A stretch of DNA of 61,650 bases from Basidiobolus meristosporus CBS 931.73 (GCA_002104905.1 MCFE01000533.1:1-61650), one strand, 5' to 3'; positions 24,938-38,865 are shown, counted from the first letter of the stretch. Notes: a model not told the origin generated them from the letters alone. Numbers and translations: made by a program.

Positions 24938-26476
24938 TCAAGCAGCAATAACATGCATGGAGTTGGTATGACCAACACCGGGTTTGGCGCCTTGAACAAC
25001 AACAAGAGTATCGCCACGTTGGAGGATGTTCATGTCAATGGCTTGCTCAATACTCCATTGGATGCGCTCATCCACGTCTTGTTGCCATTTATCAGAGTCG
25101 GTTAATTCTTCAGGACTCAATGAAGCCTTGGTATATATGAATGGATAGCAACCACGATAGAGGTGGATTTGACGGGCTGTTTGTGCTTCTCTTGTAACAG
25201 TTACAATAGGACAATGAGGTCTATACTTAGCGACAAGTCTTGCCGAATTTCCAGAAGTCGACAAAACTACAATTGCCTTGGCACCAGACTCATAGGCGGC
25301 ATTCACTGCCGAACTGGCGATTGTCTCACTGGTGTCAATGGGGACTTCCTGGAGTGCTCTCATCTCGTTGAAAAGTGCTTGGTAGGAGATAACCGACTCG
25401 GCCAGTGCTGCAACATGTGCTTGCATCTCAACGGCTTGAATAGGGAATGCTCCCTTCGCCGTCTCTCCTGACAGCATCACGCAATCCGCGCCATCAAGAA
25501 TCGCATTCGCCACATCGGATACCTCTGCTCTGGTAGGTCTTGGGTTGTAGGTCATCGACTCGAGCATCTGGGTTGCACAGATCACCGGTTTACCCACCAG
25601 GTTGCACTTGGCAATCATCGCCTTCTGTGCGATGAACACTCGTGAAACGGGAATCTCAATCCCCAAGTCTCCTCGAGCAATCATCACCCCGTCCGTCTCT
25701 GATAGGATCTCATCGAAATTGTTCACCCCTTGGAACGACTCAATCTTCGAGATAATCTTGATGTTCTTGCCCGCCTCTCCAAGCACCTTGCGGATCTGGC
25801 GCACATCCTCTCCTGACCGGATGAATGATGCAAAGATCATGTCCACCCCTTGCTCAACACCAAACTTCAAGTCACTGATGTCCTTCTCGGACAGTGCTGG
25901 TAGATCGACATCGGTCTTGGGAAGGTTCACTCCCTTGCGTGAAGCGAGCTTGCCTGCGTTCAAGGCGCGCACTCTGACTCCATCCGAAAGAATCTCAGTC
26001 ACCTCAAAGGACATGATTCCATCGTCCACAAATATCGCCTTGCCTACTTCTATCACCTTTGGCAGGTTCTTGTAGTCAACGTATATCACCTCGCCTGAGC
26101 CTGCTTCCTTGTACTGTTCGTCGGTAGAGAAGGTCATCTCGTGACCCGCCTCAAACGCCACCTCTTGGTCACCCTTCATAAGACCTGTGCGAATCTCCGG
26201 GCCTTTGGTGTCCAGGGCAATAGCCACGGGTCTGCCAGGCATCTCCTCCATGGATTTGCGAATATTGGAGATAACCGAAGCGTGATATTCGTAAGAGCCG
26301 TGTGAGAAGTTCATACGAGCGATGTTCATACCCGCCTTTCTGAGGGCGTTCATCATAGGAACGTTGTTGGTCTTAGGACCGATGGTGCAGATGATGGAGG
26401 ATTTTCGGATTGAAGGACTAACATCGACGTTAAAGCTAGCCATCCAGCCAAGACTTGTGGAGTTGATATCGTTCAT
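24938..26476 (-). CDS. PYK: Pyruvate kinase, copy 2 (intronless)
   Basis: Same motifs as copy 1 in a 512-aa ORF. Confidence 0.97.
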   Translation of the reverse strand: MNDINSTSLGWMASFNVDVSPSIRKSSIICTIGPKTNNVPMMNALRKAGMNIARMNFSHGSYEYHASVISNIRKSMEEMPGRPVAIALDTKGPEIRTGLMKGDQEVAFEAGHEMTFSTDEQYKEAGSGEVIYVDYKNLPKVIEVGKAIFVDDGIMSFEVTEILSDGVRVRALNAGKLASRKGVNLPKTDVDLPALSEKDISDLKFGVEQGVDMIFASFIRSGEDVRQIRKVLGEAGKNIKIISKIESFQGVNNFDEILSETDGVMIARGDLGIEIPVSRVFIAQKAMIAKCNLVGKPVICATQMLESMTYNPRPTRAEVSDVANAILDGADCVMLSGETAKGAFPIQAVEMQAHVAALAESVISYQALFNEMRALQEVPIDTSETIASSAVNAAYESGAKAIVVLSTSGNSARLVAKYRPHCPIVTVTREAQTARQIHLYRGCYPFIYTKASLSPEELTDSDKWQQDVDERIQWSIEQAIDMNILQRGDTLVVVQGAKPGVGHTNSMHVIAA

Positions 26477-28535
26477 ACTAAAATCGACTAGTGGGTAAGA
26501 GATAAAATATTTTGCTGTTAGCGACCATTACCAATCTTTATATAAACATTTACTCCAGCCTACTCAACAGGATTCTGTAGGTCATTGGTTGGTATCTTTC
26601 GCTTTGAAAAATGGAAACAAGCACCCCAATCATCCAGAGCTCAATCTGATAGGAGTGCCAAAACTGGTATCTGCACCATGAAGTTATTAGTTTAATCGAT
26701 TTATTTACTGTGGCGGAGCGTACTTGTATTTACTGAACCTTTGTTAGGGGTTTCGATGAAATGAACGCTCACGAACTGGCGTGGTTGGATCAGGTTTCCA
26801 TTTTGGAAATGCGGGTCGGATTCCTTTATCAACAGGGTGAAAATACGAATCTAGTGATGAAATGTGCTACCTTCGTTGCAGCCTGTCCACATGGCATGCC
26901 GAGTCCTCAATCACCAGTTTAAGTTTGGTTGTAGAGCCTCGTTCTGATGGGAAATACTGGTGTGCGTCGCACCTTCCAAGGCCAGCGAGGGTGGGAGACA
27001 GGGAGTTACATAAGATCGCGGTGATAAGGGTATCTTGTACCGTAAACCTCATCTTCCAATTCCTGCAGCTATTTGTTCATATCAAGCGGATATAGTAAGG
27101 GGCATACTAACTAAGATTCTCGTCGTTTCAAGTGTAACTCCAACAAGAATGCGAGCAGCCAAAATTTTCCATGGTATTGGCAGCATTCTTTTGACCATTC
27201 TGCTAAATGCGCCATTATCGATCGAATGAGTTCATCTTGCTTCCCTAATCATCTGTGCAACCCTGAACGCGCTGAGGCTGGCCAATACTTCTCTGGTTCA
27301 ATGCTATCAAATCGAGCAAGGATATGTCAGATTCCGGATAGCAATGTAGAAAATAGCAGTCCTATGGGCTTGCTGATTTCCAGCTTCAACTAGGGAAAAC
27401 ACACTTCATCGATTCAGAACACATCATTCTACGTCATTCCTTGAGAGAAATGTCCCCTGACTGGCCACAGGCGCTAATTATGTACGGCGTTGGGATGCAA
27501 CACGGCCATTATATAAGCAAATAGTGCTCAACATGTAAGGACTTGGAATATGTTGCATAGCGATGCCAAGCTCGGTGATTGGAAGGAACACACATCTACA
27601 TAAATGGGAATGGAAATGCCTAAATCCGGGGACTTCCTAATTGGAAGCAAGCAAATGAGTATTTGAGCACAAACTGAGCGGCCTCCAGCGCAAAGGTAAC
27701 CATTGCCTTGATCCCATTGAATGACATTGATGAATGCTGTACCATGTTATTAATGAGTGGATCGTAGCATCTACATCTATTTACTTGATAAATCTTGAAT
27801 TGTAATTAATGAGCACAATCCCCAGATTTGGCTGGAGGAGTTAAAATGATTAAGTTAATTAGACTTTCGAACAGCTTGATTTCGCTTATTTATAGTTCCT
27901 GGAAAGAGGCTATTTTCGTTGAGTGCACAATTTGCATTGGCAGTTGACGACCAACCGAATGGGATTTGAAGGAGATTTCTTTGCTCCTTGAATGCACAGG
28001 CTGTACCCAGGACACATACACAGCATACCCTTCAGCTCGATAATTAGCCATATTCCTAAAAATACCCTCAAATTCGGAAGTTTTGAATGGAATCGACCAG
28101 TTTTATTCGTTTCAATTTCATTTAGGAGTGACTAGTGGTTACATGCGGAAAAAATTGTTAAAAATAACTGTCATCCAATAGGAAGGTTACTCTTATTGCG
28201 TTGCTTTAAAAGAATGTTTACTAAATTGCTTATCCCAGTGTTTCATCTCTGCATCCTTTCCCTTCCCTTAATCACCACCATTTTTCATTTTTGGTTCTTT
28301 TGACGCCTTCACCCGAGTTTCCTGCTAGCCGAAGCTAACAACCCTCTTTGTTCCTTGTCAGCAGCCAGCTAAGACTTTGCACGCCTTTTCGCAAGCTTTT
28401 TATTTTCGTGCTGCCTTTAGAACTTGCTTTGTGGTGTGAGAACAATTCACTATAGACAATTATCTTGATAGACATACAGTCCTTTGAAACAGTGCCGTCT
28501 AAGTATTTTATCTTGCCAGACACAATATAATACAC

Positions 28536-31150
28536 ATGATGGCCGCTTCTGTTCCTATAAATCACCCTAATTTCGAAGAGCATTTTAAAACCACTTTACC
28601 CAATTCCCCTCCCCAAGAGCTACCAGCAAGCATGATGACAGACACACAAGTGGATGACCAAGCGAAAGAGAAGCAAAGACGGGATTCCAAATGCGATGCT
28701 GATATGTCAAGTGATGCATCTTTAGGCCCCGAGCTGAGTAAAGAAGACCAGGCTGCAGTTGTCAAACCAGTCTCGGTTGGTCAAGGTACTGATGAGTCCA
28801 AAAATTCTTTGGAGAAGGAAGCCATAGTTGCCCAGTCTGTGGGAGCTACAGAGACTGAGCTTAATGTAACTGAGGAGAAAACAGAGCCAGTTGCCGAGCA
28901 CGCTGAGTCGCTGTTGGCTGTAGACGAAATAGACAGCTCCTCTCAAGTTAGCGTCAATACCTTTGCAACTGCAGATGGAGACATATCAGACAACATTGAG
29001 GGAGATATCAATACTAAAACTGCCCCTGAGAATAATACCCAGCAAATGTCCATTGAAGAGGACGAAACTAAACATGCTGATATTAATGGTGAAGTTGTGG
29101 ATACAGAGAAGCCGCAACAAATTTCAATCGAAGAATCAAAAATCGAAGATAAAACCAAGGGGATTCCTGATGATGAACACGACAACGGTGATACTCATGT
29201 AGATGTAGCAAAAAGTGAATCAGAAGTGGCTGAGGTGATGTCGACTACGGTACTCGAGGTCGAGAACCTAACGTCGAGCCCCCCTAGAATTCCCGAGCGC
29301 AACTATGTTAACAGCCAAGTCAACCAGGTTGCGACTGAAGACAATTCCGCGGTTGGGATGTTCAGACGGTTTACCTCCACATTCAGCCTTCGTAATGCCC
29401 GCGGGACTTTTGGATCTCGCGAGTCGCTTAGAAATGTCGCCACTCAACCAACAGTCGGAAATCGGGACTCTACTAAAAGTAGCTTGAGCGACGATTCCAA
29501 TAATTCTGATCAATCAGTTGTCACTCCTAATGGGCTTTATGCTCGAGATATCCCCGATTCGTTCTCTATGCTCGACGATACTTCATCTATTAGGTCGTCT
29601 ATTACCGTGGACCTTCTTGTATCCAGAGTGGAGGCGCAAAACAAGGTATTCGACCCAAAGGCCACCGTTGCGCATCTCCGTTCTGGCTCCATCTCCCGAC
29701 TCAAAGGGCTGATCGACGAAGAGGCTGAGGCTAACATTGATTGGGGTATGATTCATATTGGGTGTGATTTTCTTTGACGGATTACTTACGAACACTTTTT
29801 TGCAGAATTCTGGGGCAACCTTATCAGTGACTATCCTGGGATGGTTCGTAAGAACAGTCGCCTAGTCTCGAAGAATATTCAGAACGGGATACCAGCTTCT
29901 TTGAGAGGCTCGATCTGGCAGCTGATCAGTAAGAGCAAAGACCCTCCTCTGGAGATCCTCTACACTCAATTGCTCGAACAAACATCCTCATTCGACAAGA
30001 TGATAACCCGGGATTTGTCTCGCACTTTCCCTAATCACGAATTTTTCCAAAACAACGGTGTTGGACAGGAGAGTCTATACAATGTGGTAAAAGGGTTCTC
30101 GTTATACGATACCGATGTTGGCTATTGTCAGGGTATCCCATTTATTGTCGGCCCCCTCCTCCTGCACGTAAGTATCTGGATAGAGCACGGTTGCAAAGGA
30201 CTTTCTCTAATGAACACGCAATCTAGATGCCGGAAGAAGAGGCGTTCTGCGTTCTTGTCAGATTGATGAGAGCTTATGGTCTTCGAGGCCATTTCACACC
30301 CCAAATGGAGACACTGCATCTTCGTCTATACCAATTTGACCACCTGCTAGAGGAGTATCTTCCGGCCCTTAACAAACACATGGTTGCTGAGACCATCACC
30401 TCCTCCATGTACGCCTCGCAATGGTTCATGACGTTGTTCGCATATCGATTCCCCCTTCCGCTTGTGTTCCGAATCTTTGACATCATCTTTGCGGAAGGTG
30501 TGGAGAGCCTTCTTCGATTTGCGATCGCCCTGTTGAAGGCCAATCAGGAGAAATTGCTGGAGATGCCATTTGAAACCCTGCTGGATTTCCTCAAGCATCA
30601 CCTCTACGAGATATACGAAGGGAGAATCAATCAACTGATTAGCGACGCCTACGACGTGAAGATTACCACCAAGCGCCTAGATCGCCTGTCTCGGGATTAC
30701 TATGCGGATTTGAAGAAGCAACAGGCGGAGGTGAACCTTGTCGAATCATTGAAGGGCAACAACAAACGGCTTGAGGAGGATGTGAAACGACTGGAAAACA
30801 ACGTTCAAACGCTGAACGAGGAGCATTGTGAATTGGCCAACGAGTTTGTTCAATGCAAATTGGATATTGCCCACCTCCAAGACGAGAACGAGACCCTCAA
30901 ATTCGAGGTTACCCAGCTCAAAGAGCAATTGGAGCAATCTCGTAGAGAGGCGGAGCAAGCGGTGAAGGAAGAGATGGAGCTGTTGGCCCACAAGAACTTC
31001 GAGTTGGCCGATAGAAATACCAGGTTGGAGGACCAGCTGTCGGAACTCGAGGCCCAGCTTATCGAGACCAAAATGCGGTACGCGGAGAGCGAGAATGAAA
31101 GAGTCCAGCTGCAAAAGAAGTGGGACGATCTTAGAAGAGCGTTCCACTAA
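28536..31150 (+). CDS. TBC-domain Rab GTPase-activating protein (Gyp5/EVI5/RABGAP1-like): acidic disordered N-terminus, TBC domain, C-terminal coiled coil
   Basis: DWEFWGNLISDY (across an intron), GIPASLRGSIW, ITRDLSRTFP, VGYCQG, MPEEEAFCVL, MYASQWFMTLF. Confidence 0.9.
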
Positions 31151-31816
31151 GGAGCACCCCTCAGCATCTGAATGAAGCCAACCTTTGAATGAGAGAACGC
31201 CAACCACGCATTGCTCGCCAGGGATTGGGGGAAGCCGGATGCAATGGAGAGAGATTCATTTAACTCAGCACTTTTGAAATCATTGATCAACATCAGCCAT
31301 CATTTCTATTGTATCCTGTATATAGGCCATGTATAGCTCACACAATGCCCTTGCAATAATCACTTCATTGAGTTCGAGCGTTCTTCTACCACCACGGTCA
31401 CGGTCATGCTTATCATCTACCACATCTAATTATTCTATCCTAATTGTACACTCGCTTCTTTTCGAATTCACATCTTTATAAAACTCTCCAAATCGAATCC
31501 ACTCGCGTCTCCTGCTATATGATGTGTTGTCTAGTCTAGGCCTCGTATTCACCGCTTTTTCAATAACCTTGGTCGTTTACCGCTGGTCCATACAAGCAGT
31601 GTCCAGTTCCTTGCCATCCATGCTGGATATAGAATGTAACCTATTTACGGCATGCTTTGGTAAGCGTAGTCAAGGTTGGTGGATCCTAGAAATCAATCAC
31701 CATCACAGAAATACTCAGCTACATGACAATTGGTTATAAGCAGCCGGGTATTTTATTTTGGACATGCTTAATTAGATGGATACGGATATGGGTGATGCGT
31801 GATGGGTGATGGGTGA

Positions 31817-32407
31817 TTATTGTGGGCTTAACAAGCTCAGGATTTCGGCATCATTCGATAGGTCTATGGAGGTGAGCCCCTTGCCGTTCTTGTAGGAACG
31901 GTCTGCTCCACGCTCAAGTAGGCTTTTGACCAACTCCTTGGAGTTGTAAAAGGTTGCCAGGTGGAGGGCGGTGTTGTTATCCTGTCGGAAGGTAGAGGTT
32001 GGCACAAGGATGGCTATTTCGTACATACAACTGTGGACCAACTTACCCCAAACGTGATGTCGACCTCTGTTCGTGGGTCGAGATGGAGTCAAGTGGCTGG
32101 TGAGAATACTTGGCAAGAAGCTTCAGTCCAGTTGAAACTAACCTTCGGCGAAAGTGGCATCCAGGATGTCCCGTGCGATGGATTCCTGGCCATTCAGTAT
32201 GGCCAGGTGGAGTCCCGTCATCTGGCCAATATAGGCGCCTAGGAACTTGTATGCGTCGAGCTCAAACTCGGGGTCGTACTTGTATTTTCCCCGCTTCTTC
32301 TTGGAGGTGAGCGAGCGGTCTACTGCCAGTAAGGTCCGAACCGCCTCAGCGTCACCGTTCTGAATGGCAACGAAGTATGCGTCCAGTGTCTCGCTAGGGT
32401 CCCGCAT
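31817..32407 (-). CDS. Small ankyrin-repeat protein, multi-exon
   Basis: MTGLHLAILNGQESIARDIL and NTALHLATFYNSKELVKSLLERGAD ankyrin motifs. Confidence 0.8.
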
Positions 32408-32670
32408 TCCTGTGTGGTTGAACAGCAAGGAGCCGAGCTCTCTCTAAAATAGCTCGACCATCCTGGAATTCGATTGGATGGTGGAGAGATGATGATGGCT
32501 TCATGCATATGATTTGGAACCCTTTGGATGCTATTAAATTAACTCTTTATATTGGGAAAGAGGATTGTGTGACCAGGCTCCCCGCCTGGGATGATGAACT
32601 TTACAATGAAAGGGGTATACTATAATGAACTTCTAGTGCCAACTTTAAATAAATAATACATCTATGCGGC

Positions 32671-34295
32671 TTAATTGCCTTGGACAATCTGCGCGATGGT
32701 TCCACCGGTACCTGCGGCAAGAGCGACAATTCCGAACACAAGAAGGAACGCAATACCCAAATCCTCGAGCCAGTTGGTCTTCGCCTTGGTGAAGCAGAAT
32801 CTCTCCGATGCCAGATCGGGTGCGTTCTTTCTGAACACCCTGGTGGCCCGAAGCCAGATTCCCTTCAAGTCCCAGAACACGCTCATGTAGATAAGTGCGG
32901 GGATGATGTACGAGATGCCAGATGCACACAATGCTACAAATCCAAAGGCTTGGTTAAGGTCCTGTTGCTACTGGACACTGAGAAATGCTCCCTGCTTACC
33001 TCCAATCAATTGATAGACGGTTCCCAGATTCTTCACCGGCAATCCAATCGCAAGCGTGACGAGGAAGAGACCGACGTTCACCAGAATGTGTTGCATCTTG
33101 GTGGGAGTCTTTGTCTCGGTCTCGAAGCGAAGCATGATGTTGGTTACCATACGAGCTGAATAGAACTGAAATAAAAGTTAGAATCAGGTGTTGGGTCTTT
33201 GCACTGCTGAGTACTTACCACGCAGGGATAGGTGAGGAACATGGTAATGATCAGGCACAGACGTGCGACATTGATGGCGATGTCGTCTCTGGGGAAGTTG
33301 GTGAACACGTTCGAGTCCAAGCTATTACCGAAGGATGCGAATCCGATGGCAGAGAAAGCGAGGTAAATCACGGCGGAACCACCAACCGCAGCCATGGAGG
33401 CAATGGACCACCTCTTTTGGGTGGGGTTCTTCAAGGTGCAGTAGTTCAAGAAGGTGGAGTGGCTGACGACATAGGCGAAGCTCATCACACCGATGGCAGG
33501 GAATATGTTATCTCCGAAGACGGTGTACTTGATCTCGTAGTCCTTGGCGTAGGAGGGGGCGCGGATGGCGACGATGATGCAGATGACTGGCAAGCACCCG
33601 ATAGAAATCGCCGAGAACTTGGCCAAGGGAGCCAAAGTCCTGAAGAAGAGCAGCGGGAAGATGAAGATGATTGAGCACATGACAATGCCGAAAATTCGGT
33701 TCTGCAACACTCCGAATCCTGGAACGTATTGTGCAGCGAGCAGTGGAAGAGTATCCCCGATAACTACAATGCGGTCGACTGTTAGCCACGGACACTTGAC
33801 AATCAACCCATCAAGAAACACTTACTGATCAAATAACTGATGGCGATACCGAGTCCGTTGAAGAGGATGAATATATTCAGGAAGAACGATCCAACCTTTC
33901 CCAAGGTACTGTTGGCCAGCATGGAGTAATGGTAGATCCCGGCCTGTCTGCCGCTCTTCACCAGCATTCTCAAGGAGAAGTCGGTCAATACACCGACGAA
34001 CGCTAGAACGATCAGTCCAGTCACAAATCCTGCTTGCTTGACAGCGTACGGCAGTCCAAGAATTCCGGAGCCAATGATCGTATTCAGAACATTGAAAGCA
34101 ACTGGTTCGCTGGCGTTAGTAATGGTTCAACCGTTGGATCTGCTCCCAATGCAACCCACCTCCTGATATGCTGGTGCTTCCTTCGGTCGGAGATTCCACT
34201 TCGACTTCGAGATCGGTTTTGGCGTCCTTCATCGCAGGTTCAGGACAAGTCTCCTGCAAGGCTTTGTCTTTGTCGTTGTTTGTGAGAGGCAACAT
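32671..34295 (-). CDS. Amino-acid transporter (Aa_trans; Avt2/SLC38A11-like), multi-exon
   Basis: FNVLNTIIGSGILGLPYAVKQAG, AIGVMSFAYVVSH, GFASFG...VFTNFP, multiple TM segments. Confidence 0.88.
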
Positions 34296-34921
34296 CTGAT
34301 GGGTGAGGAAGACGGACGGCGCTCGGCCGCCTTTTATACTTGACCCTCTAATGGTAATTCGCACCTAGAACGAAACGACTATTGTGGATACGGCCAAATC
34401 GGGAGGAAACAATTTAGGCATTGAAAATTTCTTTAGGTTGGCCAATCGGCTTTGCAATCAGTCACCTCGCTTCTCAGTTGAGAATGACGCTGCCAATGGA
34501 TTTGAAATGGCTTTTCTGCTTTCGAATATGGCTGTAAAGGGCTCGCGCTACAGAATATAGACCAATCTGTACCACCAGATCCTATAGAACAATGCTGAAG
34601 TGATTCTAATTTTGTTTGTGTAAGAATGGCCATCTATTACGACAATTCCTAGAGCGGCAATGGACTTTAGCTGAAATCACGATGCTTATCATTACCATCA
34701 GAGTACTTGCAAGGGTGAGCGATTTCCCCATTGAGGTGGCCTATCGTATTTACATATCATGTTGGCGACTATGACTCATGTCCCTTGGCCACAGTGTCGC
34801 GGTGTCAAGCTTCACTTTGCTCAACCAAAGGATTACTAAAAGAAGATTTAAACAACTGTGGAGGTGTCACTCTTCGCAGGAACCGACGATCAGACTATAA
34901 GCATGCTGGAAGAACTACTCA

Positions 34922-35075
34922 CCTCTTATAGTAAGAGACTTAAAGATGCGCACTTCTTATAGTAAGACACTGTGTGATGTGATATTCGCCCCTCTTTTAG
35001 TAATCAAAGAGAAACCCACACCGCTGCCTCTTATAGTAGCAGCGGTTTCCCACATTCCCCAACCCTCTTTTAGAG
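34922..35075. repeat. Motif array 1: five copies of CCTCTT(A/T)TAGTA with 30-38 nt periodicity
   Basis: Copies at 34922, 34953, 34991, 35027 and 35064, with unrelated spacers. Confidence 0.85.
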
Positions 35076-35813
35076 AGGAGTACCGTCCGTAAACTCGGAA
35101 CTGGACACTTCAGCCAGAACCTTTGGAGGAGCTCAACCACTGGAAAGCGCTCCCTTCCGTCGCACCCCTGTTGATAATCAGGCGAGGTTGGACGTGAAGA
35201 ATAGAACGAAGCTGGCCCACAATCGACAGCGACATACGAATTTAGGAGTTGCCAGCAACCTGTCTCCCATTGATTGTGTAAAAAGTGGCGGTGTTACTTA
35301 CCAAATAGGCGATAGTATCGATAAACGAATGCGGCGGCTATTTCCATTGGCCTGTCTGACTGGTAAGAGCATTAATAATAGATTGCACCATTGGATTTGT
35401 TAGGGACCATTACTATAAGGAGATTTATACAGCCCAGACAAACTTAAACCGTTTTGTGGGCAAATTTGGCTGGACTTCTCCGTGGATGGTCGAATAGCCG
35501 GCATCCCTCTACAGCTTTAGAGGGGCTGATAAGACTTGGACTGGACATGCGTGGCATCCATATTCGGATGTTATCGCGATAACGAGAGCTGCAGGTCATT
35601 GGTTAGGACCATTGAACAACATCCACCTTTCGTATTTCCAGTAGGTGCCCATGCCCCCTCGACAGAAGCAGCATCTCATTTTTGTCGTGAATATGAAAAA
35701 AATTTCTCCCGTCTCTTGAGCCACAAGATATACGACGAAAAATCGCTGAACTACGAGCTTCAAGTCCAAATGCTCGTGTATCTGAACTTTCATCGCAAAT
35801 CTTGTCCCTCTCA

Positions 35814-35990
35814 CCTCTTATAGTTAGACATCTTGCAAGCGCGCCTCTTATAGACAGTAATCTTGACAGCGCCTCTTATAGTAAAAGAATAACGTTCAAG
35901 CTCATCGCCCCTCTTTTAGTAAGCTGTATTATAGAGATTTCAGATGCCTCTTATAGTAGTGAAGGCCAAGAGACGAGCTGGTGGATTTGT
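35814..35990. repeat. Motif array 2: five copies
   Basis: Copies at 35814, 35844, 35872, 35910 and 35947. Confidence 0.85.
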
Positions 35991-36700
35991 GTATCAGCCT
36001 GGATTTCATCATGATTTCAGATGTGGCCGAAGGGATTCGGCGAATCGAACCGGGTATGATCGATACGACGCGCTGAATCGCTTTAGCTGATTACAATACG
36101 TTGCTGAGTCTAGGGCGGGCCTGCCGCAAAAAATTCAATAACGTGTAATGCTCGTGTTTGACTTGATACTCTTTGTTGTCTAGAGAGCTGTAGGCTTTTA
36201 AGAATTTTGCGCTTGTAGTATGTTTTCGCAGCTCCTCGAGAGAACTGCTATGGATATTACCTCATTCGAGAGCATATACTATGAACATTATGACAGATAC
36301 TCCCGAAAACAAGTGCTCGCACTTGTTTACAGGGAAGAAGCGGATGCATTTATTGGCTAATTGATCAACAATGAGAGTTTCAGTATCACTACACCAACAG
36401 AACAGCAAGAATAAGTCAAATCTGCTGTTTGTCCGAATTGTGTTGATTTGGAGAAGGCTCGAAGTCCAAGATAATATCCGCTACTTCGTCAACTGAATAT
36501 GTGTCGAAATACTAATTCGTTATACGGCCCGATAAGTCACAGTCAACTTGATGTATTTATGTACAGCATCTCGTATCTACAGAGATTATCGTAAATTGAT
36601 CTCGTGTTCCTAAAGTCTCAAAGTGTGCGACAGTATAGCATTGTGAGAAAACCAAAGTTTTTGTGAATCTTAACTTTAACTGCAAATCGTGTCGCTCTCG

Positions 36701-36875
36701 CCTCTTATAGTTAGACATTTTGCAAGCGCACCTCTTATAGACAGTATTCTTGACAGCACCTCTTATAGTAAAAGAGTAACGTTCAAGCCCATCGCCCCTC
36801 TTTTAGTAAGCTGTATTATAGAGATTTCAGATGCCTCTTATAGTAGTGAAGGGCAAGAGATGAGCTGGTGGTCTC
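36701..36875. repeat. Motif array 3: five copies, recent duplicate of array 2
   Basis: Copies at 36701, 36731, 36759, 36797 and 36834. Spacers are similar to those of array 2. Confidence 0.85.
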
Positions 36876-37220
36876 ATGGCAGAATTCAGGGATGGCCGAA
36901 ATCATTGGACCAACTGACCATCCAAATTAGCCGACCATGATCGAATGATTCGGCTCAGCACGATTCTGATGGATTTAGCTGATTGCAATTCCCTTTGGAA
37001 ACTAACGTTGATTACGTTGAGTGTGGGTCGTTGATAAGCAATGCAATCATTTATATGTCTATATAATAACTGTAAAAATACTTGTATGGGGTGTTGAGCT
37101 ACAGCAAAGACAAACGCTGAGGATCAATCCAGTCTCTTTTGACATGCTGAAGCTAATTAACAGTTAAGAGCATATATGTCGGACACGAATCAAAATATCC
37201 ATCGGGTAAATGTACTATTG

Positions 37221-37912
37221 CTAGTCTCGGGGAATCGCTTTGATGATCTTGGCCGGCACTCCTCCTACCAAGACATAAGGTGGGACATCCTTGGTAACCA
37301 CACTTCCAGCAGCCACGGTAACCCCGTCCCCAATGGTGACCCCTGGGCAAATGATGGCACCACCGCCGATCCACACATCATTTCCAATCTACATTCGTGA
37401 GAAATGATTAATTCAATGCATATATTGAGCCCAAAGTTAGGTGGGTTGTACCTTGATTGGATAAGCGAGCTCTGGCCCTCCGTTGGCTCTAAGCTTAGGC
37501 TCCAAGGGATGAGTGGCAGGGTAAATCTGAACATTAGGACCCATTAGCACGTTCTCACCAATATCAACTCGGTTACAGTCGAGAATGGTGCAATTGAAAT
37601 TCATGAAGCTGTTCTTTCCTATGTGAATGTTGTATCCCTACAGCAAAGTACCGTCAACAAAAGGAGAGAATAAGTTCTCAACAAGCTTCTTACATAATCG
37701 AAAAAGAACGGGGGCTCTATGAATACTCCCTCTGCGTAGGTTCCAAGTATTTTCTGTAGAAGATGTCGGCGTTCCTCAGGTTTATCAGGATCGGAGGCAT
37801 TGTACGAACGGATCAACCTGCGAGCCTCTGATCGGTCATTGGAAAGTTCTGGGTCAGAAACATAGTAAAGCTCTCCAGCTAGAGACTTCTCTCTCTCGGA
37901 TCTGACAGTCAT
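37221..37912 (-). CDS. Maltose/galactoside O-acetyltransferase (Mac domain plus hexapeptide repeats), copy 1, two introns
   Basis: [21 protein letters not shown]|[30 protein letters not shown]|[27 protein letters not shown]...GGVPAK. Confidence 0.9.
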
Positions 37913-38619
37913 TGTTATGAATAGGAGAGAAAGATGGGATGTGACCAGGTATTAATAGTCCATTCCTGAGTAACTTGTTGGCAAATGTAGTCGTATTATG
38001 AACTTTCGTATCAATTGCTAGCCATGAATGTCCGCAGCCTTAAGTGACACTAATCCTGGCCGCAGTTTATTGTATTTAGTCGGAGTTCAGCCTATCCTGT
38101 TTGCGCTGATCTGATGCTAGTTCGGGATTTTCTCGAAAATCAACCTTTCGCAGCGTGAGAACCCTTTCGGGATTGCTTTATGATCAAAGGCCTGGAGTAA
38201 GATATAGAGCCAACAATCAAGGGGTAAAATCATGCGTGAGGCAGTGGGGAGTTATTTTGATCCAATACGCCAACATAGATATGGATGAATCATAAGAAGT
38301 GTAATAGAAAGTTGAGGGCTAGGTTTGGTTGATGCTGAGCAGTTTTAAGAATTCAACCGAATCAACATACTGTTGTTAGTAAATTAACTGACTCAACACT
38401 TCTCTGTTAGCATCAAAATTAGCTCCTAGATATTTTGCTAGTCTACCTACCCTTATACTATGGGCTCATAATGGTATTCCATTCACTTGCAACCATATAT
38501 CCTCCACTGCCAGTATTGAGTAAGAATGATAGACCAGGTTTCATAACTCGCAAATGGAAATAGCATTATCTTTGATATATTGTTCCAAAGTATAATCCCC
38601 AAGAGCTTCAAGCTCAATC

Positions 38620-38865
38620 TGTTGTAAGAATTTTGGAGATATTGAAGAACAAGTAGGTTATGTGGTTTTCACTAGACAATTTAGTGAATGGAAAGTGGTA
38701 TTTATACTTTTATATGGTCTTGGCAAACTAAACACATAGAGTATGCTTAAGAAGGTTGCAAGAGCATGTGTATAGAGTTTGGGGACCTTTGGACAACTTT
38801 AACAATTTTCATGTCCTTGGTACCTGAGAATTTGGTCAAATATTCCAAGTAAATCCCAACAAATA
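38620..38865. mobile_element. Partial LTR of the Ty1/copia family
   Basis: Begins TGTTGTAAG and aligns by eye with the LTRs at 45812-46158 and 53372-53700. Confidence 0.75.

Noticed and set aside
23188-26075. Antisense ORFs over the pyruvate kinases and similar overlapping ORFs in TBC, ERD2 and the LINEs
   Set aside because: Shadow frames of real genes on the opposite strand.
1972-26476. Acetoin gene cluster (ALDC plus pyruvate kinases)
   Set aside because: The genes are 20 kb apart with unrelated genes between them, and no acetolactate synthase or butanediol dehydrogenase lies nearby.
26862-27229. Short ORFs upstream of pyruvate kinase copy 2
   Set aside because: No coherent gene model or family similarity.
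34922-36875. CRISPR array
   Set aside because: Repeats are only about 12 nt and degenerate, spacers are duplicated between clusters 2 and 3, there are no cas genes, and the context is eukaryotic.
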